Origin: an uncultured delta proteobacterium
GTDB lineage: Bacteria; Myxococcota_A; Polyangia; Polyangiales; Polyangiaceae
DNA length: 64,000 nt
Assembly: GCA_963716725.1 (NCBI GenBank)
Contig: CAVQUB010000020.1
Location: 64,001-128,000, forward strand
Reading direction: 5' to 3'
The notes under the pieces are model-generated. The model was not told where the DNA came from, did no database searches, and saw only the letters and a program-made list of their open reading frames with translations. Both the position numbers and the translations under genes were made by a program. Shown here in pieces: positions 48,341 through 58,450 of the stretch. Each line of letters opens with the position of its first letter. Within the stretch, counting starts at the first letter, position 1.

Positions 48341-48456
48341 CGGTCGTTCTCCTGATCGAGTGGGGTCCGACCTGCGCCGAGCGGCGAGCCGAGTCGAACC
48401 CAGTCCTCCACGACGGGCCTTTCTGAGGGAAAAGCCCGAGATCCGTGGACACCAGC

Positions 48457-48485
48457 ACCATGTGCACCGGCCCCCGACGTGTCAA
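48457..48485 (-). promoter_or_regulatory. Sigma70-type promoter for the hsp20-hsp20-htrA cluster
   Basis: TTGACA (48480-48485), 17 nt, CATGGT (48457-48462) on the minus strand. Confidence 0.55.
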
Positions 48486-48496
48486 CCGCCGAGGGC

Positions 48497-49576
48497 TCAC
48501 CTGAGCGCGCGCAGGTACTCCGCGATCTCGGGCAGCGGCAGCGTGTGCGTCGCCACTCCAGCCCGCACCGCCGCCCCCGGCATCCCGTAGACGATGGCTG
48601 TTGCGTCGCTCTCGACCACCACCACGCCGCCGGCGTCGCGGATGGCGCGGGCTCCCTCGGCCCCGTCGTCCCCCATGCCCGTCAAGATGACGCCGACAGC
48701 CTTGGGTCCGTGCGCGCGGGCGAGGCTCGTGAACAATCGATCCGCGCTGGGCACGTAGCGATCTTCCGCCGTGGGCGGCCACACCCGGGCCTTGGGAGCC
48801 GCAAACGACGTGCTCGCCTCCAGCGTCAAGCAGCGCCCACCCGGACAGACGAGCCCGAGGCCGGCGACGACCTCGTCACCGTCGGCGGCCTCGCGCACCC
48901 TGAGCTCGCTGCGGCGATTGAGCCGTTCAGAGAAGGTCCGCGTGAAGTTCTCCGGCATGTGCTGGGTCATCAGCAGCGCGTTTGGGTATCTCGCCGGCAA
49001 GCGCGCGGCGATCTGCATCAGCGCTGTCGGGCCACCGGTGCTGGAGGCGATGCCGACCACCTGGCGAGCCGGCTGCGCGTCTGCAGAGCGCGGCGGCTCG
49101 GAGTCGGTACCGGAAAACGAATCGAGCTTGGGGCGGGTCACGAATACGCCGCGCTTCAGCGTGCGAGCGAGGAGCACCTTCGCCAACAGCTCCCGGCCTA
49201 TCCGCTGGAAGTCGCCGTCGGGCTTGTGCTCGGTCTTGGCGACGAAATCCAGCGCACCCAGCTCGAGGGCCCGGAAGACGTTTTCTTTCGCGCTGTAGCT
49301 CGAGACCACGATCACCGGCGTGGGTTGCCGGCTCATCAAGATCCGCAAGAAGGTGAAGCCGTCCATCTTCGGCATCTCGAGATCCAGCGTGATCACGTCC
49401 GGCCGCAGGGAGAGCGCCAGCTGCAGTGCCTGCTCGCCGTCGGCCGCTCGGCCCACGACTCGTACGTCCGCAGCGCCGTCGAGGATCTCGGCGATGCTCC
49501 GGCGGTTGACGGCGGAATCGTCGACCACGAGCACGGTCGTGGGAGTTACGCTGGGCAGGTTCATCTCGCGAGTCAT
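48497..49576 (-). CDS. cheB: Chemotaxis response regulator methylesterase
   Basis: REC domain VLVVDDS/TLDLEMPKMDG; GIASSTGGP, QHMP, YVPSAD, LTGMGDDGA, YGMP. Confidence 0.95.
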   Translation of the reverse strand: MTREMNLPSVTPTTVLVVDDSAVNRRSIAEILDGAADVRVVGRAADGEQALQLALSLRPDVITLDLEMPKMDGFTFLRILMSRQPTPVIVVSSYSAKENVFRALELGALDFVAKTEHKPDGDFQRIGRELLAKVLLARTLKRGVFVTRPKLDSFSGTDSEPPRSADAQPARQVVGIASSTGGPTALMQIAARLPARYPNALLMTQHMPENFTRTFSERLNRRSELRVREAADGDEVVAGLGLVCPGGRCLTLEASTSFAAPKARVWPPTAEDRYVPSADRLFTSLARAHGPKAVGVILTGMGDDGAEGARAIRDAGGVVVVESDATAIVYGMPGAAVRAGVATHTLPLPEIAEYLRALR

Positions 49577-50448
49577 GGCAACAGCGAACCCGGCGCCCGT
49601 GCAGCCACGGGCTTGCGGTACACCAGATCTTCTCTCAGGTGGCAGAGTTCGAACGCCGTCGAGACGTTCCACAATGATTCCGAGTGTCCCAGGAGCAGGT
49701 AGCCGCCGGGGAACAAACGTTCGTACAGATTTTCGATGACGCGAGCCCGAGCCTGCGTGTCGAAATAGATCAGGACGTTCCGACACAATACGACATCGAC
49801 GCGGCCGACGATGGACCCACGCGACGCGTCGAGCAGATTGAGCTGGCCGAAGTGGCAGAGTCGTCGGACCGCATCCGCGACGTGGGTCCCGTCCGGTCGC
49901 TCGTCGAAGTACGCACGCCGGATCTCGGGTCCGGTGGAGCGAAAGGCGCTGGGGCGATATACGCCGCGACGCGCCGCCGCGACGCTCTTCTTGGACAGAT
50001 CGCTGCCGATGACCCGAACGTCCCAGCCCTCGAAGAGCTTGGACTCCAGCACGCAGATGCCCAAGGAGTAGACCTCTTCGCCCGTCGCGCAGCCGGCGCT
50101 CCAAATCGCGAGCCGCCGCGAGCGCTGATTCGACTGCGCGAGCGCTGGCAAGAGCTCGTCGCGGAGCGCCCTCAGCTGGTACTCTTGTCGAAAGAAGTAG
50201 GTCTCCTTGGTCGTCAGCAGATTGAGGGCTTCCTCGAGCTCCGCGGCGCCGCCGCGGCTCAGGCGCAGATACTGATAGTAGTCGTTGAAGCTCGGGAGCG
50301 AGAGCGCCGCCAAACGCTCGGACAGCCTGCGCTCGAACGCGTAGAGCGCGTCGTCGTGATACTCGAGGCCGGCGCTCGCGTTGATCAGGTCGCGCAGCAA
50401 GCGAAAGACCTCCGGCGTCAGCCGCGGCCTCTGGGAGGCCGGCGTCAT
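49573..50448 (-). CDS. cheR: Chemotaxis methyltransferase
   Basis: TTKETYFFR, IWSAGCATGEEVYS, CRNVLIYFD, LLGHSESL. Confidence 0.95.
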   Translation of the reverse strand: MTPASQRPRLTPEVFRLLRDLINASAGLEYHDDALYAFERRLSERLAALSLPSFNDYYQYLRLSRGGAAELEEALNLLTTKETYFFRQEYQLRALRDELLPALAQSNQRSRRLAIWSAGCATGEEVYSLGICVLESKLFEGWDVRVIGSDLSKKSVAAARRGVYRPSAFRSTGPEIRRAYFDERPDGTHVADAVRRLCHFGQLNLLDASRGSIVGRVDVVLCRNVLIYFDTQARARVIENLYERLFPGGYLLLGHSESLWNVSTAFELCHLREDLVYRKPVAARAPGSLLP

Positions 50449-52547
50449 TCCCGTCGCATCCCCCGCAGACTCGGCGGCGGAGCGGTTCGGCGCCGACCGC
50501 TCGTGGTCTCGGCTGCGGTGATGGCGCGCACGATCTCGTCGCGCACTAGTTCCTGGGCCTCGACGGACAGCCGGCCGCGCAGCAAGTTCAGCGCGTCGTC
50601 GCCGCCCAACGCGCCGAGCACCTCGGCTGCCAGGCGTCGCACGTCCCACTCGACGTGGTCGAGGCAGGCCGAGAGGCGCTCGACCGTCCGAGCATCCCGG
50701 GCACTGGCCAGCACCCGCATGGCCGACTTCACGACCTCAGAGTCGGCGTGGGCGAGCCCGACGGCCAGCGCCTCGTTCCTCTCCGCACTCTGGAAGCCGC
50801 CGAGGGTCTCCAGCGCGACCACCGCGACGAAGGGTTCTCGTTCGAGCAACGCTCCCAGAACCGGGAGCGCTCTCGGATCCGCCACCGCTCCGAGCGCACG
50901 GCACGCCGCGGCCACCAGGGTGGGCTCGGTCGCGGTCTGCGCGACCTCCAGCAGCCGCTCGACGCCGAGGGGTGCTCCGCCCGCGCCAGTGATCATGCCT
51001 AGGGCGTGCACCGCGGCCAGACGAACTTCGGGCTCCTCGTCGCCGAGGGCAAAGGCGACCGGCTCGAGGGCGTTTGCTCCCCCGATGGCGGCGAGCGCCG
51101 AGAGCGCTGCGCAGCGCGTGGTAGCGGCAGGACTGTCGAGCGCTGCGTGCAAGAAGCCGATGTGTGACTCCCGGTCCGGGAGTTGAACGGCTAGTGTCTC
51201 GATGACGACAGCGGCGGCTTCTGCCTCGGCACCATCGGGCGCAGCGCGACGCACGACCTCGAGGGCGTCCGCCGGGTAGTGGCGCGCCAACGCCACCAGC
51301 GCACGCTGAGCCGCTTGGCGCACGACTGGCCCAGCCGAAATGAGGCGCACTGCGTCGCCCAATGCTCCCCGATCGCCGGCGCCTCCCAGGGCCTCGAGCG
51401 CGGCAGCCACGACCTCTGGGTACGGGTCTCCGAGGGCTCGCTTGGCCGCCGCGTTGGCGTCCGGGTGAAGACGGACCAAGGGGCCCAAGAGCGTGATGCA
51501 GGCGGAGCGTTGCCCCGGCGCCGGAGCCTGCGAGCCGGCGATCAGCGCATCGACGGCGACGCCGCCCAGCTCCGCGAGGGTCGCCTCTGCCTGCTCGGCC
51601 AAGGAGTCGTCAGCGAGGGCCGCCACCGCGACCCGCGCAGCGTCGGCTTCGCCGACGAAGGTCGAGACTCGCAGGGCGCTACGGCGCGCTTCCACGGGAG
51701 CGTCTTCGTCGCCGGCGAGCGCAAAGATCGATTCTCGAACGTGCGCCGGGACACCCAGCATGCCTTGGCGCAAGGCGCGGTGGGCCGCGGTGCTCGAATC
51801 TCCGAGCATCGCGATGGACTCGAGGCCTTCGACGAAGGTCCGGCCGCGCTCCGACGCGAGGGCCGCGAGCATGATGGGAACGGCAGGCTCCGCGCCGCTC
51901 CGACCCGCGGCGGTGAGCACCGCCGGGCGCAGGATCGGATCGTCCGCGAGGGGCTCGAGCCGCTCCCAGGGCACCTCGGCGGAGAGTCGATTGAGGCCAG
52001 AGAGGGCCGCCAACCTGGAAAACTGCTCGGGCGAATCGAGGCAGGCGTCCAAAATGGCGATGGCCTCTTCGGCGCAGGCCTCGCCGATGCACGCCACAGC
52101 CTCGATGGCCGCCCCGCGCACGTTGACGTCATCGTCCCGGAGCAGCGTCCGCAGGATGGGCAGCGCCTCGGGGCGCGCGCCCTTCGCGAGGATGTCCACG
52201 ACCAGCTTCTTGCCGTCGGCGTCCAGATCGACCAGCGCCGCCGCCAACGCCGGGATGGCGTGCACAGCGTAGCCTGCCAAGGCCTCGACGGCGCTGTTCC
52301 GCGCCCCGATGTTGTCGCCAGGTCGCAACTCGTTCACCAACGCTTTGAGCACGGCGGCGGAGGGCGCCAGCGCCAGCGCGGTGAGAACGGCCTCTTTTCG
52401 CACTCGCCAATCGCTATCGCCGAGGGCCTGCGTCAGCAGCGCCACCGACACGGGGCCTTCGGCGCGTCTCATCGCGGACATGGCGCGGCGTCGCTCCTCG
52501 GCGTCGTTCGCCTCGAGCGCTCGCTTCAGGTCCGAGGCATCACTCAC
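50445..52547 (-). CDS. HEAT/PBS-lyase repeat protein in che cluster
   Basis: Repeats such as ALGDSDWRVRKEAV, LRDDDVNVRGAAI, LGDEEPEVRLAAV, LDHVEWDVRRLAA; overlaps neighbouring genes. Confidence 0.88.
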   Translation of the reverse strand: MSDASDLKRALEANDAEERRRAMSAMRRAEGPVSVALLTQALGDSDWRVRKEAVLTALALAPSAAVLKALVNELRPGDNIGARNSAVEALAGYAVHAIPALAAALVDLDADGKKLVVDILAKGARPEALPILRTLLRDDDVNVRGAAIEAVACIGEACAEEAIAILDACLDSPEQFSRLAALSGLNRLSAEVPWERLEPLADDPILRPAVLTAAGRSGAEPAVPIMLAALASERGRTFVEGLESIAMLGDSSTAAHRALRQGMLGVPAHVRESIFALAGDEDAPVEARRSALRVSTFVGEADAARVAVAALADDSLAEQAEATLAELGGVAVDALIAGSQAPAPGQRSACITLLGPLVRLHPDANAAAKRALGDPYPEVVAAALEALGGAGDRGALGDAVRLISAGPVVRQAAQRALVALARHYPADALEVVRRAAPDGAEAEAAAVVIETLAVQLPDRESHIGFLHAALDSPAATTRCAALSALAAIGGANALEPVAFALGDEEPEVRLAAVHALGMITGAGGAPLGVERLLEVAQTATEPTLVAAACRALGAVADPRALPVLGALLEREPFVAVVALETLGGFQSAERNEALAVGLAHADSEVVKSAMRVLASARDARTVERLSACLDHVEWDVRRLAAEVLGALGGDDALNLLRGRLSVEAQELVRDEIVRAITAAETTSGRRRTAPPPSLRGMRRE

Positions 52548-53038
52548 GTCGCCGCGGCTTCCTCGCCGATCAGGCCCTTCGCCGCGAGGGGGGCCACCAG
52601 CGCGTCGAATCGGGCAACGTCGAGCACGAACACCAGAAGCTCGTCGTGACGCGCGACCCCGATGATGCCGCGGATGTCGTCCCCGCCGCCAAGGCTGGGC
52701 GCGGCGCCGAGTTCCTCGCCGCCAGTGCCGAAGACCTCGGTGACCCCGTCCACGATGAGCCCGACCGTGCGCTGTTCGACATCGACCAAAATCCACTTCG
52801 CGCGGCGCCCGTCGTCCCGGCAAGGCAGCCCGAAGCGAGCGCGCAAATCCACCACCGGGATCACCGTGCCGCGGTGGTTTGCGACTCCGGCGACCGCGGG
52901 CGGTGAGTGCGGAAGGGCGGTGAGGTCCAGGGGATTGACGATTTCACGAACGGCGCCGATGGGAACCGCGTAGTGCACGTCGCCCACGGTGAATCCGACG
53001 AGGCTCTTCTGGGGATCGGGTCGCGCTCTGTTCGTCAC
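52544..53038 (-). CDS. cheW: Chemotaxis coupling protein
   Basis: LVGFTVG..YAVPI..VREIV, GVANHRGTVIPVVDLR, VGLIVDGVTEV. Confidence 0.92.
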   Translation of the reverse strand: MTNRARPDPQKSLVGFTVGDVHYAVPIGAVREIVNPLDLTALPHSPPAVAGVANHRGTVIPVVDLRARFGLPCRDDGRRAKWILVDVEQRTVGLIVDGVTEVFGTGGEELGAAPSLGGGDDIRGIIGVARHDELLVFVLDVARFDALVAPLAAKGLIGEEAAAT

Positions 53039-53040
53039 TA

Positions 53041-53544
53041 TCAGTCACCCTCCGGCAAATGATCCACGAGGCGGACGAGGTCGAGCAAGACAATGACGTC
53101 GTCGCCCGGTTTGGGACGTCCAATTCCAACGACGTGCTCCGCTACATCACCGCCAAAGACCGCGCTCGAGAGCTCGACTTCGCTCTCGGACAGCCGTACC
53201 ACCTGCCGAACCTCGTCGGCGAGCACGCCGAATATCTCTCCAGAGGTGCCGACGGTGAGCAAGATCCGCGAGCGACGGGTCGGGGGCGCGGACGGCAGCC
53301 CGAGGCGCCGACGCAGATCCAGCACCGTGACCAACAGGCCGCGGACACTGCACACTCCCAGAACGGCCCGAGGCGCCCGGGGCACGAAGGTCAAGGGCGG
53401 TGGGCTCAAGATTTCTCGGATGCCCGTCAGCTCGACGCCGTAGTCGTCCTCGCCGGCTCGAAGCACCAAGAACTCGCGCACCGGCCCCCGATGCGCCATC
53501 GCACGCCGACCGGCGCGGCCACCGAACCTCGCCAGGTCAGCCAC
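53041..53544 (-). CDS. cheW: Chemotaxis coupling protein
   Basis: EFLVL..YGVEL..IREIL, VPRAP, GVCSVRG..VLDLR, FGVLADEV. Start uncertain (53544 or 53499). Confidence 0.88.
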   Translation of the reverse strand: MADLARFGGRAGRRAMAHRGPVREFLVLRAGEDDYGVELTGIREILSPPPLTFVPRAPRAVLGVCSVRGLLVTVLDLRRRLGLPSAPPTRRSRILLTVGTSGEIFGVLADEVRQVVRLSESEVELSSAVFGGDVAEHVVGIGRPKPGDDVIVLLDLVRLVDHLPEGD

Positions 53545-55646
53545 GCTGGAGTGCCTCCTCGGGCGCCGCATCGGCGACGGCCAGCACTTCTTCGATCAGA
53601 GATGCTGCGTCCAGCACCAGCGCGACCTTCTGGTCGCCGAGCTCGGTGGCTCCGGCCAGGCCTCGCACCTCGGACAGGGACGGGCCGAGGGGCTTGATGA
53701 CGATGTCTTCTTGACCCAGCACGGCGTCCACCACCAGGCCGAGTCTCCGGGTGCCCAGCCTGGTGACGACGACGAATCGACGCGGGCTCGGCCCAGCGCT
53801 GGCGGGCAGCCCCAGGTGCGTGGCCAGGTGGCATACGGGCAGCGTCACGCCTCGAACCGACACGACCTCACGACCATCGACAGTCCGCAGCCCGCGTGGG
53901 TCGAAGACGATGGCCTCCGACACGTGGCTGATGGCGACGGCGAAGACGTGACCCGCCGCCCGCACCAGGAGGGCGTTCACGATGGCGAGGGTGATGGGCA
54001 GCGTGATCGTCATCTTGGTGCCGATCCCGCGCTCGCTGCGCACGTCGATCACCCCGCCGATCTTGGCGAGGTTCGTCTTGACGACGTCCATGCCCACTCC
54101 GCGCCCGCTGAAATCGCCGGCGGTGTCCCGAGTGCTGATCCCGGGCATGAAGATCAACCCGAGCAGATCGTGGCGGGCGAGATCGCCGGCATCGACGCGC
54201 GAGATACGGCCCATGGCCACCGCCTTCTCGACCAGGGCCTCCTCGTCAATGCCCGCGCCGTCGTCCTCGATCTCGATCATCACGTGATTGCCCTTTTGAT
54301 AGGCGTTGAGCGCGATGGTGCCAGCCACGGGCTTTCCGGCGCGCTCACGTTCGCTCGCGGGCTCGATCCCGTGATCGATGGCGTTGCGAATCATGTGCAT
54401 GAGGGGGTCGCTGAGTTCTTCGACGATCAGCTTGTCGATCTCGGTCTCCGCTCCGGTGATCACCAGGCGGATTTCCTTGCCGACGTCCCGCCCGATCTGC
54501 CTCACCACGCGAGCCAAGCGATCGAAGACCTGACCCAGCGGGACCATGCGCACCTCGAGCATGGCGTCTCGCAGCTCCCCCAAGCGCCGTTCGAAGCTGC
54601 GATGTAGTCGCACGATCTCGGTGGCCAGCTGGCGCTGACCGTCGGCGCGCGAGCGGTCCGCGAGACGCGACAGCACTCCGCGCACGATGCCGAGCTCACC
54701 GATGATGTTCATCAGGTGGTCGAGCTTCTTGATGTCCACGCGCACGGTCTGCGTCACGGACTTCAGCGTTTGCGCGGGTTCGGCCGCGAGCAGGTCCTCG
54801 GAGGTCCCCACCGCCGGCATTGCCGGCTCCGACGGCAAGGACACCAGTGTTCCGCCCGCCGCCGCCGGCGCCAGCGTGCCCGCTCCCAGCGAGGGGCGGC
54901 GTCGCCGCGGCACCTCTTCGATGACGACGTTGTCGGCGCCCAGGGTGCCGATCAGCATCGCCAGGTCGTCGCGAGAGGCCATCAGCAAATCGAGTTCGAT
55001 GGTGTCGGAGCTCGCCGATGCGCCGGTGGGCAGATAGGTGATGATCTCTCCGTGGCGCTTGGCTTGGTCCTTGATCTCCTCAAGCGCGCGATCGATGGTC
55101 ACCAGGTCGAACTGCACGCGAAGTCGATACAGCGCACGTCCGTTCTCGATGTTGGTGCGCAGCCGGTGCTCCTCGTACTCGGTCAGCACCGCGAGCATCC
55201 CAGGGTCAAACTCGTACTTGCCGTCCAAGCTCGGCTCCGAATTGCTCGCAGCTCCGAGGCCATCGATGCGTCGGCGCAGCTCTTCGATGGCCGCGGCGGG
55301 CGGCGCGGTCCCACTTCGCTCCGCCTCGAGGACTCGAGCGAAGACGTCGACGGAGCCGAACAGGATGTCGAGCACCACCGGGCTGAGCGGCATGCGTCCG
55401 AGCCGGAGCGCGTCGAGCAGATCTTCGAGGCGATGCGACACCAGGCCCAGCTGCGTGGCGCCAAACAGCCCTGCGAGGCCCTTGAGGGTGTGAACCGCGC
55501 GAAAGGCCTCGTTCACCAGCGCCGGGTCGTCGCCACCGACCTTCAAGGTCGCGTCGAGCGAGAGCAGGTTTCGGGAGAAGGTCTCGACGATTCTCCTGCG
55601 CTTCGGTGAAGAACTCTTCGCGCGCCCGATCCCCCGGCTCAGCCAT
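53537..55646 (-). CDS. cheA: Chemotaxis histidine kinase; one-base frameshift at about 55591 (probably an assembly error)
   Basis: EFFTEAQE, then an extra A, then IVETFS...FRAVHTLKG (Hpt); DPLMHMIRNAIDHGIE, DDGAG, SGRGVGMDVV; CheW-like C-terminus. Confidence 0.92.
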
Positions 55647-56043
55647 GGCCGAGATTGTCCTCTTCGAAGCCCAGGTGTCGGAGAGCTTCTTCCCTCAACT
55701 GCTCGGGGGTGAAGGGCTTCGCGAGGTATCCGACCGCGCCCATCGCCAGCCCGCGCTCCCGATCTCGACCGGCCGTCTGGGTGGACATGAGGAGCACGCG
55801 CGTCGCTCGGTGATGCTCGCTGGAGCGAATGAACGACAGCAGCTCGAGCCCGTTGATATCGGGCATGTTGACGTCGGTAATGACCAGATCCCAAGAGCCG
55901 CGCGGCAGCAGCCTCAGCGCCGCGAAGCCGCTCTCGGCTTCGACGACCTCGAGCGGTGCGTTCCCAAAGTCGACAGACGCCAGCGCCCCGCGCACATAGG
56001 CGCGAGTGACCTCGGAGTCCTCGACCACCAGAACGCGGGCCAT
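55639..56043 (-). CDS. cheY: Single-domain response regulator (CheY-like)
   Basis: VLVVEDS, ITDVNMPDINGLEL, MST, YLAKPF; overlaps the cheA start. Confidence 0.88.
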   Translation of the reverse strand: MARVLVVEDSEVTRAYVRGALASVDFGNAPLEVVEAESGFAALRLLPRGSWDLVITDVNMPDINGLELLSFIRSSEHHRATRVLLMSTQTAGRDRERGLAMGAVGYLAKPFTPEQLREEALRHLGFEEDNLGHG

Positions 56044-56939
56044 CAGCCCGGTCCTCGAGGCTTCTCGGGGGTGGTTCGCGGCTTCTTGGGCTCCTTGCCC
56101 GGCGCCAAGTAGAGCGACTTGCGCTCCTTCGGCACTTCGGCGAACACGCCCAGGAGCCAGGTCTCGAGATTGGCCCACAGCTCGGGGTGCTCTTCGGCCA
56201 GGAACAGCGCCGAGTGGCGCGACCCGTCGTAGCGCTTGACCGTGCCGTTCATCGCCATCTTCTCCAGGGCGTCAACGGGCGCCTTCGAGACGGTGTCGTC
56301 CTTCGCGCCCGCAATGAAGGTCGGCAGGTTCCGAACCTCCGAGTAGGGTCGGTAGAGCGGGTGCCCACTGATGCCCTCTCCGGGCGAAACCAGGCCGAGC
56401 GCCGTGACGTTGCTCGCGGCGAACGCGACCTGACTGGCGAGGGCGGCGCCCAGCGAAGTCCCGACCAGCACGATCCCGCGCGGCTTGGTCGCCTCGGTCA
56501 CGTGGGCGATGGCGGCTTCGACGTCTTTGCTCAGGTCTTTGGTGTCGCCGAGCTTGGCCTTCTCGGGAGGCTTCGAGGCGCCTTGTCCCCGGAGGTCGAA
56601 GCTCAGGACGGTGAAACGTTTGGGAGCGATGACCAGGCGCTCGCGCAAGGGCGCGAGCTCGCTACGGTCGCCGCTGAGGCGGTGAATGAGGATCACCGCC
56701 GGCGCGTTGGGCTCGGATGAGACGAACAGCTCGCCCGAGAGCGCCGCTCCGTCCGCCGACGCGAAGGTCGCGGGACGGCCCGGCGTCGGCGCGATCATGA
56801 TTGAGGGCACCTCGCTCGCAGAGGGAGACGCCGTCGGCGCCTGGCCGGCGGACCCCGGCGCGCCGGACTTGGACGGGCTCGAGTCGCATCCGGTCGCTAG
56901 GACCAAGGCTGCGAGCGCGAGGAACAGCGGCCGTTGCAT
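56043..56939 (-). CDS. Alpha/beta hydrolase lipoprotein
   Basis: Lipobox LATGC; FDLRGQGAS; nucleophile GTSLG; DD..S and RH near the C-terminus. Confidence 0.82.
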   Translation of the reverse strand: MQRPLFLALAALVLATGCDSSPSKSGAPGSAGQAPTASPSASEVPSIMIAPTPGRPATFASADGAALSGELFVSSEPNAPAVILIHRLSGDRSELAPLRERLVIAPKRFTVLSFDLRGQGASKPPEKAKLGDTKDLSKDVEAAIAHVTEATKPRGIVLVGTSLGAALASQVAFAASNVTALGLVSPGEGISGHPLYRPYSEVRNLPTFIAGAKDDTVSKAPVDALEKMAMNGTVKRYDGSRHSALFLAEEHPELWANLETWLLGVFAEVPKERKSLYLAPGKEPKKPRTTPEKPRGPG

Positions 56940-56992
56940 GGCGGGTCATCGTAGCAGCTCCGAGGGCCGGAAAAATGCTCTATCCTCCGCGC

Positions 56993-58063
56993 ATGGGATC
57001 TGAGCCAGGGTCGACGCCGGCCGAAGACACCGTCGAGGCGGCGCCCGGAGGCTCCCCCGCCACCGGCAGCCGATCCCCCTCCAGCCACGATCAGACCGTC
57101 GAGGCGGCCCTCGCAGCCAGCTCGCGCGCCGAGGCGACGCTGGACGCGCTGTACCAGGCCATCCAGCACGTCACTCAGGGCGTGAGCGGCGCTCGCGAGG
57201 CCAACGACCAACTCGCCGAGGAGCTGCATCGCGTTCGCGAGATGCACGCTTCGAGCAACGAGCAACGCCTCGTATACCGAAACCAAGTCGCGCTGCTCCA
57301 GGAGCAGCTCGAGGACGCGCGCAACGATCGCGAGTTCCTGGTTCAAGAACAGGACCGCTTCCTCTCCGGCCTCCTCGAGGAGCACGAGCAAACCCTGTCT
57401 CGTCTCGCGGCCGAGCGCGACGAAGCGTTCGCGCGCGTCGAGAATTTGCTGCGCGAAACCCAAGACACCGCACCGCCGAAGTCCATCAGTCTGCGACGAA
57501 CCAACCCAGGGCTGGGCGATGTGACGCCGCCGGTCCCTCAGGTGGTGTTGACGACGCGCCAGGACCACGATCGAAATCTCGAGAAGCTGCTCTCCGAGCG
57601 CGATCGCTCACGCGACGTCCTCCGACGCCTGCAGCAGCAGCGCGACGAAGCCCAGCAGTCCTTGGCGCAGGTGACGCGCGAGCGGGACCAATACCTGTCG
57701 GAGCTCAGCCGATTCGCTCCGGGCAGAGTCATCCTCCAGCGGACCGCGCCCTCTCCGACGGCGAACCGACGCACGCAGCCCGCGGTACCGCACCTCGCGG
57801 CGCGCGCGACGGATCCGAGCCCGCCCGACCCGAGCGACGCCCTCGGCGACAGCGTCGGCGACCGCGCTACGGCTCCGCCGGGCAATGACCTACAAGCCGC
57901 CATCGCGCTCTCGCGGCCGTCCCCGCCGACGGGGATCCCCGCGCAAATTGGACCGAGGCCGCCCCTCAAGCGCAAGCCCGACGCGGCGACGCAGCCGCTG
58001 GGCGGCTATTCGGTGCGCGGCGATGATCGCGAGGACGGCGACGGCTCGTCGGGACGCGGATGA
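56993..58063 (+). CDS. Hypothetical coiled-coil protein with Pro-rich tail
   Basis: Heptad-rich E/Q/R/L segments; ATG 6 nt after TATCCT; ATGA overlap with the next gene. Confidence 0.65.
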   Translation: MGSEPGSTPAEDTVEAAPGGSPATGSRSPSSHDQTVEAALAASSRAEATLDALYQAIQHVTQGVSGAREANDQLAEELHRVREMHASSNEQRLVYRNQVALLQEQLEDARNDREFLVQEQDRFLSGLLEEHEQTLSRLAAERDEAFARVENLLRETQDTAPPKSISLRRTNPGLGDVTPPVPQVVLTTRQDHDRNLEKLLSERDRSRDVLRRLQQQRDEAQQSLAQVTRERDQYLSELSRFAPGRVILQRTAPSPTANRRTQPAVPHLAARATDPSPPDPSDALGDSVGDRATAPPGNDLQAAIALSRPSPPTGIPAQIGPRPPLKRKPDAATQPLGGYSVRGDDREDGDGSSGRG

Positions 58064-58350
58064 GCGACGCCGGCGACGAAGCGACGAAGGGCATCGCAGG
58101 ACAGATTGCCCAGCGTTCCGATGACCCGCCGGTCGTCGCGCGCATGATCGTCGAAATTCGCTCCGACGGAACGCGCACTATCGCGCGAGGCGCCATCGAA
58201 GAAGCAACGACAGGCGAGCGCGTCGCCATCGAAGCTCATGGCACCACTCCGCTCGCTCTGGCGCGCTCGCTGGCCAAGAGCATGTTCAGCGCTCCGGCGC
58301 TGGCGCGACAAGCCGTCCGCGCGTTGCTGTCCACCAAGAAGCACCGCTAA
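58060..58350 (+). CDS. Small hypothetical protein
   Basis: 96 aa, PPVVARMIVEIRSDGTRTIARGAIEE; translationally coupled to the upstream gene. Confidence 0.65.
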   Translation: MSDAGDEATKGIAGQIAQRSDDPPVVARMIVEIRSDGTRTIARGAIEEATTGERVAIEAHGTTPLALARSLAKSMFSAPALARQAVRALLSTKKHR

Positions 58351-58450
58351 AACGGCGCTGCCCTCGCCGCAGGTCCACGAACACGCACGTGCAGAACCCG
58401 CGGTTGACGCAGGCCGCTGATTCTTCGATGCTGTTCCCCCTGCCGGGCCG

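Noticed and set aside
55585..55600. cheA frameshift as a pseudogene or programmed shift
   Set aside because: A single extra A (GAG-A-ATC) with no slippery motif in an otherwise intact operon; most likely a consensus error. Needs reads.
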